From assembly GCA_963818965.1 (NCBI GenBank), contig CAWFUG010000009.1:352001-416000 (forward strand): a DNA stretch of 64,000 bases, read 5' to 3'. The notes under the pieces were generated by a model. It had not been told where the DNA came from and searched no databases. It saw nothing but the letters and a program-made list of their open reading frames with translations. The stretch comes from an uncultured Verrucomicrobiae bacterium. Its GTDB lineage: Bacteria > Chlamydiota > Chlamydiia > Chlamydiales > Rhabdochlamydiaceae. Position 1 is the stretch's first letter. Each line of letters opens with the position of its first letter. The translations under genes were made by a program, and so were the position numbers. Of the stretch, positions 46,949 through 57,000 are shown in pieces.

Positions 46949-49816
46949 ATGTGTTTTGACTTGCCTTTGCGGGCTCGGTTACTTATTACGCAAACTTATG
47001 CAGCGCTCATAGAACAAGACCCTAATTCTTTACCCCCTGGATTCGAACAATCTCACCGATTCCCTAGAGTACAGGATTTTCAGCGCATCGCAGCCCTTTT
47101 TGGCAAAAATTTGCCAGAACCAGACTCTCCAGACCAAATTGAAGAAGTGATTTGCCACTTCGTGAAGCAAAAGACTCCTTTCTTGCTTCCTCTTTTCGCC
47201 CACGTTCCCTCTGCTTATCCGTTGTTTTGGAAGCATAAAGACTACAAATGTGTTGCTGATTTTATTGGGGTATTGGAAAAGATAGATTGGAAAAAATCTC
47301 TTATCTCTCAATTTTCATCCCACATCCCTTTTCAGAATATTATAGATTTGCGTGGATTTCTCTTTCAGGCTCTTTTGGAAATAAAACGAAGCACTGCTTC
47401 CCTTCCTCATGAAAAACAGCAGCAGTGTCTGATGAGTTTTTTATTTTATTGCATTAGCGAGCATCTCGAAACGGCAAGCATTTTTGCCTCTTTTGGGTGG
47501 AAGAAAGGCATCGAGGATTCTGGGTTATGTGAAGAGGATCTCGTCTGTTTTTTGTCTAATTACTTGCAACAAACAGGTCAATCGGAACAGGTTATCAGCT
47601 GGATGCAGGAATGGTCTTTGAGCGATGACGGCCAGGTGGAAATAGCGTTGGAATTAGTCAAGCGATTGGGTAAAGCTCAATTTTGCGCCTCTCTCCCTCA
47701 TCTCTGTTCTAATCCCTCTCAAAGCCTTTTGTTCTTAAAGCGTTATGTAGAAAAATATGGAGAGAGTTTAGATGAATTTAAAGATCTGCCTCTGAATGAA
47801 TCGCAGTGGTTTGAGTTAGCTTTGCACTGCGAGGGGAAATATTTTTCATACTTTCTCTCTAATAAAGAGCAATTTCCTCTTTTTAGTAAGGAAAATTATG
47901 CAGAAATCATTATGCGCTGTGCGCAGGCGGAATGGTGGATAGAGCGTGGTGTGAAGGAGTTTAACATTTCTGATGAGGATCTGTTGTGGAAGATTTTTTT
48001 AACGAGTGTCTTACGAGATCTTCAGCTCGATTGGAAAGAGCGATTTTCCGACGCGAGTCGTAGGGAATTTTATGAAGCTCTCAAAAAGGGAGCTGAGGCT
48101 CTACAAAACCCTATCTTGCAACAGAGTGAAAGCGCTTCTCTCATTTTGCAGTCTTTAAGAGAGAGTGGTTTTGTCGATCAGTGGGGAATAAAAGAAGCTC
48201 TTGAGCTTCATTTTAAGTCTATTACAGCGGCAAAGAGAGGAAAACTCGATGCGCTTTTCTGGCTCTTGCGGTTCATGGGAAGGTGCATGGCACAAGAAGT
48301 GCCTCTCGCTGAAGCCTTGACACACCCCTTTGTAGAGAGTGCTCTAGCACTCCGCGATCCCGAGATGCGCGAGACATTGGCCCCAAAAATCCTCTCTCTT
48401 TTATACCCCGCGCGCTCAAATGCACCATCCTCAAGCGCGCAGGGTATAACAGATCCAAGCCGAAGAAAATATGCAGATATGCAGTTGGCATCTAAAAAAT
48501 CGCGAGAAAGGTTTTTTCCTAAGCACGCGCGCCTGCCTCTGCTGCTGCTTTCGCTGTCATTAGATCCAGAAGGGATCCCTCAAGATCTTTGCAATCCTTT
48601 AGTAGATCTCAGTAGAGATCGCATATTTAAGGACGCGCAAAATTTACAGACCTACCTTGCAGCCCTAACGCTCATTTTAGAAGAGAAAAGTTGGTCGCAG
48701 GAAGATAAAAATCATCTTTTGAGTCTGATCGTATCGACAGCACTGCCTAAAAAGAGCGCGTCAGATGATTCCAGAGAAGTAGAGAGTGTTGAGACAAAGG
48801 TTGAAAAACGAATGGAAGAAATGGTTTGTCTGCTACGAGCGATTTCTGCCACTCATAGCCTAATGGGATCTTTTTCTTTAACAAAAGAAAATCTCACTAT
48901 GTACGGAAATGATATCGTAAAAATTCTCGTCGAGGCTTGTTGTGCCAAGATCCCCATGAAGCAGATAGAGCTTTTCAAGAAACTTCACGTTAAACTCAAT
49001 GAGATGTTTAGAATTCCTCATGCATTGTGGATTTATGCGGGGACGCTTCAGCAATGCCAAGTGCGGAAGGTTTTGACACTAGAAAAGTATAACGAGATGA
49101 AAGTGGCACTGGCTTCTTTGGTCGATGCAGTGCTCCTCGATCTCGAAGATCCAAATGCTGAAAGCTATCGTAAACTGCGCTATTCGCTAGAGCGGAGCAA
49201 ACATTTAAAAGAGATCTTCTCTAACAGACCCGAGCTCTTTGCTAAATGGCAAGAAAATAAAATCTTTTCGCTAAAGAAATTTAAAGCTTCCCACTGTCCT
49301 GATCTAAAAGGAATAAAATTTTCGTGTTACAAAGAGTGGACAATTGAATTCACAGACAATCCTGTGGACCTCATGCTAAGCGGGACAGAAACTCTGAGCT
49401 GTCAAGACATTAGAAATTCTTTGAGTAGAGCCGTGCTCGCCGGTCCCCTGGATGGAAAAAACAAAATCTTAACCATTAAAACGGGAAAGAAAAAACTGGT
49501 CGGTCGTCACATTTTGCGGATTTTGCGTGATCAAAAAAAAGAGCCTGTGCTTTTTCTCGAGAAACTCTACGCTCACGGTGCTTTTAATGGAATCTTCATA
49601 GGAGTCATAGAGCAACTCGCTAGGCTTGTGGCAAATGAGTTAAAGATTCCTTTGTTAACTAGCAAGGATCAAGCGAAGGTGGGCGCTGAACGGTATGAGG
49701 GGGCAATTTGCTCTTTGGGCAGTTCTGTGCCGTATGAGTATGTCGATGGGACCTCTACTGTTGGGGGTTCCCTGACGAATGGTTCTTTTCGATTGGAAGA
49801 TACTTATTTTTACTAG
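46949..49816 (+). CDS. Large hypothetical protein with in-frame 15-aa palindromic-element insert
   Basis: 955-aa ORF; C-terminal GTE..SCQ...DGKNK...LFLEKLY motifs. Confidence 0.75.
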   Translation: MCFDLPLRARLLITQTYAALIEQDPNSLPPGFEQSHRFPRVQDFQRIAALFGKNLPEPDSPDQIEEVICHFVKQKTPFLLPLFAHVPSAYPLFWKHKDYKCVADFIGVLEKIDWKKSLISQFSSHIPFQNIIDLRGFLFQALLEIKRSTASLPHEKQQQCLMSFLFYCISEHLETASIFASFGWKKGIEDSGLCEEDLVCFLSNYLQQTGQSEQVISWMQEWSLSDDGQVEIALELVKRLGKAQFCASLPHLCSNPSQSLLFLKRYVEKYGESLDEFKDLPLNESQWFELALHCEGKYFSYFLSNKEQFPLFSKENYAEIIMRCAQAEWWIERGVKEFNISDEDLLWKIFLTSVLRDLQLDWKERFSDASRREFYEALKKGAEALQNPILQQSESASLILQSLRESGFVDQWGIKEALELHFKSITAAKRGKLDALFWLLRFMGRCMAQEVPLAEALTHPFVESALALRDPEMRETLAPKILSLLYPARSNAPSSSAQGITDPSRRKYADMQLASKKSRERFFPKHARLPLLLLSLSLDPEGIPQDLCNPLVDLSRDRIFKDAQNLQTYLAALTLILEEKSWSQEDKNHLLSLIVSTALPKKSASDDSREVESVETKVEKRMEEMVCLLRAISATHSLMGSFSLTKENLTMYGNDIVKILVEACCAKIPMKQIELFKKLHVKLNEMFRIPHALWIYAGTLQQCQVRKVLTLEKYNEMKVALASLVDAVLLDLEDPNAESYRKLRYSLERSKHLKEIFSNRPELFAKWQENKIFSLKKFKASHCPDLKGIKFSCYKEWTIEFTDNPVDLMLSGTETLSCQDIRNSLSRAVLAGPLDGKNKILTIKTGKKKLVGRHILRILRDQKKEPVLFLEKLYAHGAFNGIFIGVIEQLARLVANELKIPLLTSKDQAKVGAERYEGAICSLGSSVPYEYVDGTSTVGGSLTNGSFRLEDTYFY
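48402..48448. mobile_element. Minimal TA-flanked element (43 bp plus TA), in frame
   Basis: TA-TACCCCGCGCGCTCAAATGCACCATCCTCAAGCGCGCAGGGTA-TA; matches the right arm of 17751-17837. Confidence 0.85.
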
Positions 49817-49880
49817 AATCTTTTTCATGTAGTTTTTTATTAATTTTAATATTGAGTTTTATGTTAAACAAGTCGGTTAA

Positions 49881-49909
49881 TTGACTTTAAAAGCGTTTTG
49901 AGCCATACT
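49881..49909 (+). promoter_or_regulatory. Putative sigma66/70 promoter
   Basis: TTGACT-17-CATACT upstream of the RDD gene. Confidence 0.55.
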
Positions 49910-49935
49910 GTGCCCCTAAAAAAAGGAAGTTTCTG

Positions 49936-50841
49936 ATGGCTCATATTAAAAGGAATTTTTGGTTGCGCAGCTGGGCGCGTCTTTGTGATTACTGTCTTCT
50001 TTTTCTCCTCTTAGGAGTCATTTCTCTTTTTCTCCCTCTCTTTTACGATCCTCTCTTCTATCTGTTCATGGCATTATCGATCCCCTTTTTGTGGATTCCT
50101 CTAGAAGCGCTGTGGATTGCGAAGTGGGGAACGACCTTGGGTAAACGGTTCTTTGGGATCTCTGTCCAGGGAGAATCGGGTACCCATCTGTCTTATCTCA
50201 AAGCTTTAAGGCGTTCTCTCTTCATTTTCCCACGGCCTGGGGTGATCCTACAAAAGAAACTCTCCTTTGTCAGAGCGTTAGGGGCCATTCTCTTGACGGT
50301 AGGCTGTTTTGCCTTTGGTGTCTTTGGCAACCTGATCACAGAGTGGGGAACGGGGATCCATCCCGCTGTGGTCATGGACGGTTGGGTGAAGTTTGAGTCG
50401 GAAAAGGCAGATTTTAAAATTTATTTCCCCGAAGACCCTCAAGAAGAATCGAAACAGATCATCCTTCCCGATACGGGCAAGGTGCTCGATTACGAGCAAA
50501 TCACGCATGAGAATGAAGAGATCGCCTATTCTGTGACGCATATGAAGATCCCGAATAAGTGGAAACTCGCGGGAAATGCCACCTTGCTCAAATTGTCTTT
50601 GGAGGCGATGGTGAAGCACTCAGAGGGTGGGAAGCTCTTAGACAAGCAGTTCATTATGCACCAAGGGCACCGGGCTCTCGATTACACACTCATAGAAGAG
50701 GGAAAACGGATCAAAGGACGACTCATCGTCATCGGAAACATGATGTACAGACTGGCTGCTACCTCTCCTTCGCACTTAAAGGAGCAGGGAGAAGGCCAGC
50801 TCTTCTTAGATTCATTCGTCCCCTTTCAATCTCAAGATTGA
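49936..50841 (+). CDS. RDD-family membrane protein with C-terminal soluble domain
   Basis: R..ARLCD, GTTLGKRFFGISV, ALRR. Confidence 0.8.
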   Translation: MAHIKRNFWLRSWARLCDYCLLFLLLGVISLFLPLFYDPLFYLFMALSIPFLWIPLEALWIAKWGTTLGKRFFGISVQGESGTHLSYLKALRRSLFIFPRPGVILQKKLSFVRALGAILLTVGCFAFGVFGNLITEWGTGIHPAVVMDGWVKFESEKADFKIYFPEDPQEESKQIILPDTGKVLDYEQITHENEEIAYSVTHMKIPNKWKLAGNATLLKLSLEAMVKHSEGGKLLDKQFIMHQGHRALDYTLIEEGKRIKGRLIVIGNMMYRLAATSPSHLKEQGEGQLFLDSFVPFQSQD

Positions 50842-50863
50842 GATAGGAGTCTATCCCAATAAT

Positions 50864-51037
50864 GGCGTTATTGCATAAATAGCTGAATTTCACCACAGAG
50901 ATGAAAACCACAGAGAGGAAATTTTTTAATAGGAATTTCCTCTCTGTGGTTTTCCCTCTCTGTGGTGAAATTGCATATATTCAGAATGGAATGATGGGGA
51001 CCTAGATTAGGTCCACTTGGGTATACACAACAACGTC
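50864..51037. repeat. Composite GGCGTT-ended repeat containing a CCACAGAGAG hairpin
   Basis: GGCGTTATTGCATA...hairpin 50888-50970...ctagattaggtccacttgggtata-cacaacaacgtc, between convergent genes. Confidence 0.85.
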
Positions 51038-51067
51038 CAAAATAATCCCAAAAATCGACGAAAAATT

Positions 51068-51673
51068 TTACTGGGATAGATTCAGATTTTTAATCCAAAA
51101 ACTACACTGTCTCTCTTTTGGTTTAGCTTCTGCTATTTTTCTCCAGGGGATGAGGCACTTGAGCTCAGGGTGGTGGATGTAGCCCCGTTTGCGCCAGAAA
51201 TCGAAGAGGGGAACGAAGTCTTTGGGAAGGGTGGGATCGAGCTCGATATCGTCTGGGAAGTAGAAACAGATCGATTGGTAGGGTTTTAAGGAGTGGACGT
51301 GCGCTTCGCGCGCGTCAAAAAAGTGGTGTCCGATGCCTCTTCCTCGGTAAGTTTTGAGCAAAACAGAATCTCCGAAGAAAAAATAGGAGGGGATTTGTTT
51401 TTCAGGGAATGTCTTTAGGGTCGTTGGCTCTTCTAGTCTGAGGGGATATCCCAAGGATGCGCCGACGAGGGTCGCATTATCGAAAATCAAGACTCCGATC
51501 GACTCCTTACAAGCGAGCACTTTATTTAAGTGCTGGGTTTCTTTTACAAAATCGGGCTCTTCTAGGTAAGGGTACTCGCGAAACACTTCTGTTCTCAATT
51601 TAGCAATCCCATGCGCGTAGGGTTTTAGGCTAGATCCCGTGAACGTTCTGACGTGAATATCGGTCATCAACAT
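51068..51673 (-). CDS. GNAT-family acetyltransferase
   Basis: LRTEVFREYPYL, GDSVLLKTYRGRGIGHHFFDARE, FWRKRGY. Confidence 0.85.
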   Translation of the reverse strand: MLMTDIHVRTFTGSSLKPYAHGIAKLRTEVFREYPYLEEPDFVKETQHLNKVLACKESIGVLIFDNATLVGASLGYPLRLEEPTTLKTFPEKQIPSYFFFGDSVLLKTYRGRGIGHHFFDAREAHVHSLKPYQSICFYFPDDIELDPTLPKDFVPLFDFWRKRGYIHHPELKCLIPWRKIAEAKPKERQCSFWIKNLNLSQ

Positions 51674-51790
51674 CGTGACACTCCATAAAAAAAACAAATG
51701 TTTCCTTTATGACTCAAGGGAAGAAAAAGTTAAAGAAAAAAAAGAAGATAGGTTGTTACAGTGACTCCTTTACCTATTAAGGGAGGAATG

Positions 51791-52402
51791 ATGGCTAAGC
51801 TCTATTTTCGTCATGGAACTGTGGGGAGTGCAAAGACGTTGAACTTGCTCGCGGTAGCGCATAATTACCGTCAGCAGAGCAAACAAGTGGTCTTGCTCAA
51901 ACCAGAGATGGACACGCGCTTTGGAAGGGAGCGGATCAAATCGCGCGCGGGACTCGAGATGGCAGCGGACATCCTCGTCGCTCCGCATACGAAGCTCCTG
52001 AATTTGGAGTGGAAAGATGTCGATTGCATTCTGGTGGATGAGGCGCAGTTTTTATCGAAGACGCACATCGAAGAGCTCAGGACGCTGACTTTAGAGAAGG
52101 ATATTCCGGTGATCTGTTACGGGTTGCGCACCGATTTTAAGACCAATCTCTTTGAAGGCTCTTTGCGTCTCATGGAGTTGGCTGATTCGATCGAAGAGGT
52201 CAAGGCTACCTGTCATTATTGCCACCGTAAATCGATTGTGAACTTGAAACACGTCGATGGGAAACCTATCGCAGAGGGACCGACGGTTCAGTTAGGAGCG
52301 GAGGAGCACTATTTTCCCGCCTGCTACCGGTGTTACACGAATGCGTTGAAGTTCGGTTTAAATTTCGTCGAGAAAGATGCTCTCGCGGTATCTGCGCATT
52401 AA
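51791..52402 (+). CDS. tdk: Thymidine kinase
   Basis: GSAKT, DTRFG, VDEAQF, YGLRTDF, CHYC...CYRC. Confidence 0.95.
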   Translation: MAKLYFRHGTVGSAKTLNLLAVAHNYRQQSKQVVLLKPEMDTRFGRERIKSRAGLEMAADILVAPHTKLLNLEWKDVDCILVDEAQFLSKTHIEELRTLTLEKDIPVICYGLRTDFKTNLFEGSLRLMELADSIEEVKATCHYCHRKSIVNLKHVDGKPIAEGPTVQLGAEEHYFPACYRCYTNALKFGLNFVEKDALAVSAH

Positions 52403-53520
52403 GTCCACCATGAAGAAGAGGTTGTGGACGGTCGCGAGTGTCAAACTGATCGGCTCGTGCGCTTTGAAGAGGTGGTGGAGGTAACTGAGTGAAAATTGCC
52501 GGCACGTCGGACAAGGGCACCCCTCTTCTGGCGGGGAAAATTTTAAAGCGCACTCTCCCTTTGTGACGTTTAAGGGGCCCTCTCGCGTCAATAAGATCCC
52601 ATGCCGTGCGACCTTTGTCGGATAAGAGGAATCGAAGGTATCGATGCCGAGCGGAATCGAGCGGTGGATCGAGGGGAGATCTCCGATACCAAGCAGGTGA
52701 TTGGGACGGTCTTTAGGGAGATACTCCATCGTCTTTCCCAACATGTGGATCATCTCCTCTTTCGTCTTACCGACGCTGCCGCCGATGGCAAACCCATCGA
52801 AGGGTAATTCTGTCAAAAAGGCGCAGCTCTTTTTCTCAGCTCTAAATGGACGCCGCCGTGGATTACGGCATACATCGCTTGATTGTTGGGGTTCAAGAGG
52901 TGCTCCTCCACTGAGCGCTTTTCCCACCGGTGGGTGCGCTCTAGAGAGAGCTCGAGATCGAGATCGGGAATGTGATAGGGAGGGAGTTCATCAAAGGGGA
53001 TGATGATATCTGCCCCTAAATCCTTCTGAGCACGCACAGAAGTCTCTGGAGTGAGCAAGATCTTAGCTCCATCGCGGTAGGAGCGAAAGAGGACCCCCTC
53101 TTCAGAGATTTTTAGGACGTGCCCTTCCTGCTTTTTCGTGCCTTTGCTCTTGATCTCATCTGTAACCGACCCATAGGCCAGGCTAAACACCTGAAATCCC
53201 CCAGAATCTGTAATGATCGGAAGCGAGCGGCGGATGAACTTGTGTAAGCCTCCCGCCTTTTTGATGAGCTCCGTTCCCGGCTGCACCATCAGATGGTATG
53301 TGTTGCAAAACATCAACTGAAGACCGAGCTCTTCTACCAGCGCATTATCGAGCGCTTTGATCGTCCCATTCGTTCCGACTCCGACGAAATTCGGCGTATC
53401 GATGGCCCCATGGGGTGTGAGGATTCGACCGACCCGCGCAGCGGAGCGCTTAGAAGTATGTAGTACCTCGAAATCAAAAGAGGTCGTCAAAGAAGAGGGG
53501 TCATCTTGCAGGATGGGCAT
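52358..53520 (-). pseudogene. tgt: tRNA-guanine transglycosylase split by a 1-nt frameshift at an A5 run (52830-52834)
   Basis: N-half (NTYHL, TDSGGFQVFSL) and C-half (HLLGIGD, DTFDS, CPCPTC, TVHN) are in different frames; adding one A restores ELRKKSCAFL. Confidence 0.85.
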
Positions 53521-54166
53521 GGAAAAACCGTTTAGAATAAGGGATTAAAAGACTCGTGAGAGCGATGATTGAGAGCTTGATGAGAAAGCTGATGACGATG
53601 ATGTCGAATAGGTCAGCGACGAGCCCCCACAGCCCCAAGAGGGAAAAGAGGACGGTATCGATCAACTGACTACAGACGAGCGCTCCTACGTGACGTAAGG
53701 AAAAATTGGAAAACCGCTGTTTGAGGAGGTTAAAGAGGCGAAGATCGATCTGTTGCACGAGGAAAAAGACGAGAAGTGATGCGGCCATGAGCCGAGGGGA
53801 AGGGGAAAGGAGTGTCTCAAAAGCTCCCTGAGTGCTGTCATAACTGTTGGGAGTATAGAGGAGATGGAGCTGGGACATGCCCACAAAGAAGGCCAGCGAG
53901 AAAAAACAGATCCAAAGCGCTCGTTTTGCCGCCTCTTTGCCATAGAACTCGCGCAGCAGATTGAGTCCCAAAATGCTCCCGATCGCAAAGACATCACTAC
54001 ACGTCACATGGAATCCCAAGAAGTCGATCTGCTTGAGCACGAAGAGGTTCGCTAGAACAGATTGGAGCGCCACCCAAGTGGTGAGTGCCGTAGACCCCAG
54101 GCGCAGGGCCCCAAAACCAAATCCCACCATGACAAGAGTGTGCAAACAAAATAATAATTCATTCAT
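53501..54166 (-). CDS. yhhQ: Queuosine precursor transporter (YhhQ/QPTR)
   Basis: ANLFVLK, LREFYG, PRLMAASL, SQLIDTVLF; adjacent to tgt. Confidence 0.88.
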   Translation of the reverse strand: MNELLFCLHTLVMVGFGFGALRLGSTALTTWVALQSVLANLFVLKQIDFLGFHVTCSDVFAIGSILGLNLLREFYGKEAAKRALWICFFSLAFFVGMSQLHLLYTPNSYDSTQGAFETLLSPSPRLMAASLLVFFLVQQIDLRLFNLLKQRFSNFSLRHVGALVCSQLIDTVLFSLLGLWGLVADLFDIIVISFLIKLSIIALTSLLIPYSKRFFHAHPAR

Positions 54167-54212
54167 AGAATGGAGAGAAGAATAGCATATCTGTCCCCAT
54201 AATCTCAAGACC

Positions 54213-54279
54213 CTCCTCCTCCTCTCTCTGTGGTTAAGAAATTTTTACCACAGAGAGGGGAAACCACAGAGAGGAGAGG
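54213..54279. repeat. CCACAGAGAG repeat, outward-facing variant
   Basis: ctctctctgtggtt...accacagagaggggaaaccacagagagg. Confidence 0.75.
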
Positions 54280-54374
54280 AAAAGTCTGAATTTTTCTTTG
54301 CTTAAAAACGAAGTTTGAGCGTATAAGCTCCTGCCAAAAAATGAAAAAAAATCTCAAAAAACTAAAGGTTTGTC

Positions 54375-56972
54375 ATGCAAGCAGTCACCACGTCCAGTAG
54401 ATGGCCCGTTTCCACACCACAAGAGGCTCATGAGCTCGATCGGCTCGAGCGATTATGTCATCGAGCGGAAACCTCTTCGAGAGACGATCTTTCATTATAC
54501 AAGCTCGTGAGAAAAATGCAGGGTTTGGGGATCGTGCGTCGATTACCCGCTCTTTCTCACGATCTACGGGTTCAAAGGCTGATGGATCGACTCTCCCATT
54601 GCCAGACTCTCGCTCGGGAATGGGTAAGAGAAGATGTCGTGGCTTTTGACGCACTGAGGCTCAAGGCAAGAGGGTCTAAAGACTCTCAAGAGTTGCGAGA
54701 AATCTCGATCAAAATGAAGCAACTGAATCTTTTGGGGAAATTGGGACAGTTCAAGGGGACAGAAGAGAGCGTTGCGCGTTGTAATCAGATGACGCAAAGA
54801 GTGGAAAAAAGGGCTGCGCAGCAGCTGAATTTCGAAGTGAAAAAAACAGAGCAGAATGATCTTCACCTTTACGCTCTTGTGAGAAAGCTGTTGAATTTCG
54901 ACTGCGGAGACCCAAAGCTACTCTCTCAGCTGCAAAGAAAAGCCCAAGAAAAAATCCAGCGGGATATCGACACTTTTTATCAGTTAAGCGCTCAGTCGCG
55001 AAGGTGTCTAGACGAAGACCAACTGAGAATCGCTCTCGATAAATTGGAAAGACTCAATCTCGTCGATAAACTGAGCTACTTTGATGGGGTAGAGGGGATT
55101 CAGCAGGAGTACCAGCTCGCATTAAAACAGGTGAGCGCAAAGATCCCCGCCCCCGGACTCCCTGATGATATTTTGTCCCTGATCTGTCGGCGCCTCTCTC
55201 TTCGTGGCTTGATTAGCTTTGCATGCACGAGCAGGGGAATGCGCAATGCGATTTATGGCAATTCCCTGATTTGGAAACATTTTTGGCAGATGCTTTATCC
55301 CACGAACCCTCAAACCCAATTGCCCCATGCAATACCTGTCGTTCCTCAAACCCACTCTCTTTTTAAACAAGAGATGAGACAGCAATTTCAAGAGAACCGC
55401 ACTATGGGCACCTATACTTGCACCTCGTGGCCGCCACTTCCCCTGGATGGAACCTGTTTTCAGTGGCATGAAGGGCGGGTCTATTTAGCTGAATCAGACG
55501 GGAACATTTGCGTTTGGGAACAGCAAAAGAATGCAGGAAATCTCATGGGGAATAAGAGTATAAGATCTCTTATTGGCAATGGAAAGCAGATTCAGTGCCT
55601 AGAAATACATGCCCCTTTTCTCTGCAGTCACGCTAAAGATGGCGTTCTGAAGATCTGGGATCTCGAAACTTCTGGCTCTATTTTTAAGATCGAAAATTGC
55701 GAGAAGTTCAAAATTCACAATGGGGAAATTTATGCGCTTATCTTCAAGGAACAGAGTATCGAGAGTAAGGGGCGCGACACTTTCAACTATACCGTTAAAG
55801 AGAGGCGCATGATTCATGGGTGGGATTTGGCGACAGGTAAAAAATTGCAGAGAAAGAAATTTCCAGAACTTATTGTCGATTTCGATTTTTATGGAGATCA
55901 CATCATCGCAGCTACTGCAGACAAGAAGATTAAAAAGTACTCTTTGGATCGGAAAGGGAATGCGACCGAAGTAGGAGAGATCCCATTATCAAATCTGTCT
56001 AAGGTGTCGTCTATTGACCGCTTGAAAATCGAAGAGGATCGGCTGGTGATTGTTCTCTTGGGTTACGACAATTATGCAACGTTGGGATGGTATGGTTTTG
56101 TGCTGCATCTACCGAGTGCAACACAAGATTTTCGCAGTCGTTTTAGCAGTCAGCCTCAACAACTCCTCATTCATGAAAATGTCTTGTACCCGGTCTTACC
56201 TTATGAGCAAAAAGTAGTCCCTCATATTTTAAGCTCGCACAGGCATCGATCCTCTTCTGGATTTGCTGATTCAGTAGAGAGCTGTTCTAGTTTTAATTTA
56301 AGTCAAACATCTCAGTTTGTTGTAAAAGAGAGGATTCAGCTATTGGAAACCAAGTGCTTTATCTATTCTTCTCTAACCGGCCATTTTCATGTTTTAGATT
56401 GGAAGACACCTCCATGTGCCTCTCTTTACTTACAAAAAGATCTCGAAAAGAGTTTGGAAATTCTCGAGGAAATCCAAAAAGTAGCAGGGCAAAAAAGGGA
56501 AAAGGTAGAAGAGCAAAAAGCGGGATATCGAGCGATCTCTTTCTTTTTAGACCAGCTTCCCATCGAGCATTTCCAGGCGTGCCTGAAGCCCCATTTAGTG
56601 ACTGACGCGCCTTTAAACTCCCTCTTTTCAACCGTCCTCGAACGAGCCAAAGTGTTGATCCACATCGAACAGCTCTTGCACGCCTTCTACCACAAAGACT
56701 CTGATCTAGTCGCTGCTTTGGCAGAGCAAATCGAGGGGATGATAGGCATCGGCTTTTGGACCTGCTTTAATGAGTTTTATCATCGAGGCCCACCTGTTGG
56801 TGGTCATCTTGTGGATCCCAAGGGAAACTTTAGTGACTCGGAAGGGGATGTCAAACGGCAGATCGCATTTTTAAAAGAAGTCCGAGAGAAACTGTCAGCG
56901 GCTTGGGGTGGAGATCTCGCCTATCCTACGGTTTGCGCTTTTCCCACTGAATTATTTGCCGCCGAACAATGA
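54375..56972 (+). CDS. F-box / WD40-like effector candidate
   Basis: LPDDILSLICRRLSLRGLISFACTSR...IW; DGNICVWE, DGVLKIWDL, IHGWDL. Confidence 0.82.
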   Translation: MQAVTTSSRWPVSTPQEAHELDRLERLCHRAETSSRDDLSLYKLVRKMQGLGIVRRLPALSHDLRVQRLMDRLSHCQTLAREWVREDVVAFDALRLKARGSKDSQELREISIKMKQLNLLGKLGQFKGTEESVARCNQMTQRVEKRAAQQLNFEVKKTEQNDLHLYALVRKLLNFDCGDPKLLSQLQRKAQEKIQRDIDTFYQLSAQSRRCLDEDQLRIALDKLERLNLVDKLSYFDGVEGIQQEYQLALKQVSAKIPAPGLPDDILSLICRRLSLRGLISFACTSRGMRNAIYGNSLIWKHFWQMLYPTNPQTQLPHAIPVVPQTHSLFKQEMRQQFQENRTMGTYTCTSWPPLPLDGTCFQWHEGRVYLAESDGNICVWEQQKNAGNLMGNKSIRSLIGNGKQIQCLEIHAPFLCSHAKDGVLKIWDLETSGSIFKIENCEKFKIHNGEIYALIFKEQSIESKGRDTFNYTVKERRMIHGWDLATGKKLQRKKFPELIVDFDFYGDHIIAATADKKIKKYSLDRKGNATEVGEIPLSNLSKVSSIDRLKIEEDRLVIVLLGYDNYATLGWYGFVLHLPSATQDFRSRFSSQPQQLLIHENVLYPVLPYEQKVVPHILSSHRHRSSSGFADSVESCSSFNLSQTSQFVVKERIQLLETKCFIYSSLTGHFHVLDWKTPPCASLYLQKDLEKSLEILEEIQKVAGQKREKVEEQKAGYRAISFFLDQLPIEHFQACLKPHLVTDAPLNSLFSTVLERAKVLIHIEQLLHAFYHKDSDLVAALAEQIEGMIGIGFWTCFNEFYHRGPPVGGHLVDPKGNFSDSEGDVKRQIAFLKEVREKLSAAWGGDLAYPTVCAFPTELFAAEQ

Positions 56973-57000
56973 AAAAGTTCTCAATCACTAAAGGTTTATC

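Noticed and set aside
54166..54300. preQ1 riboswitch upstream of yhhQ
   Set aside because: No recognisable aptamer motif; the region is occupied by the CCACAGAGAG repeat.
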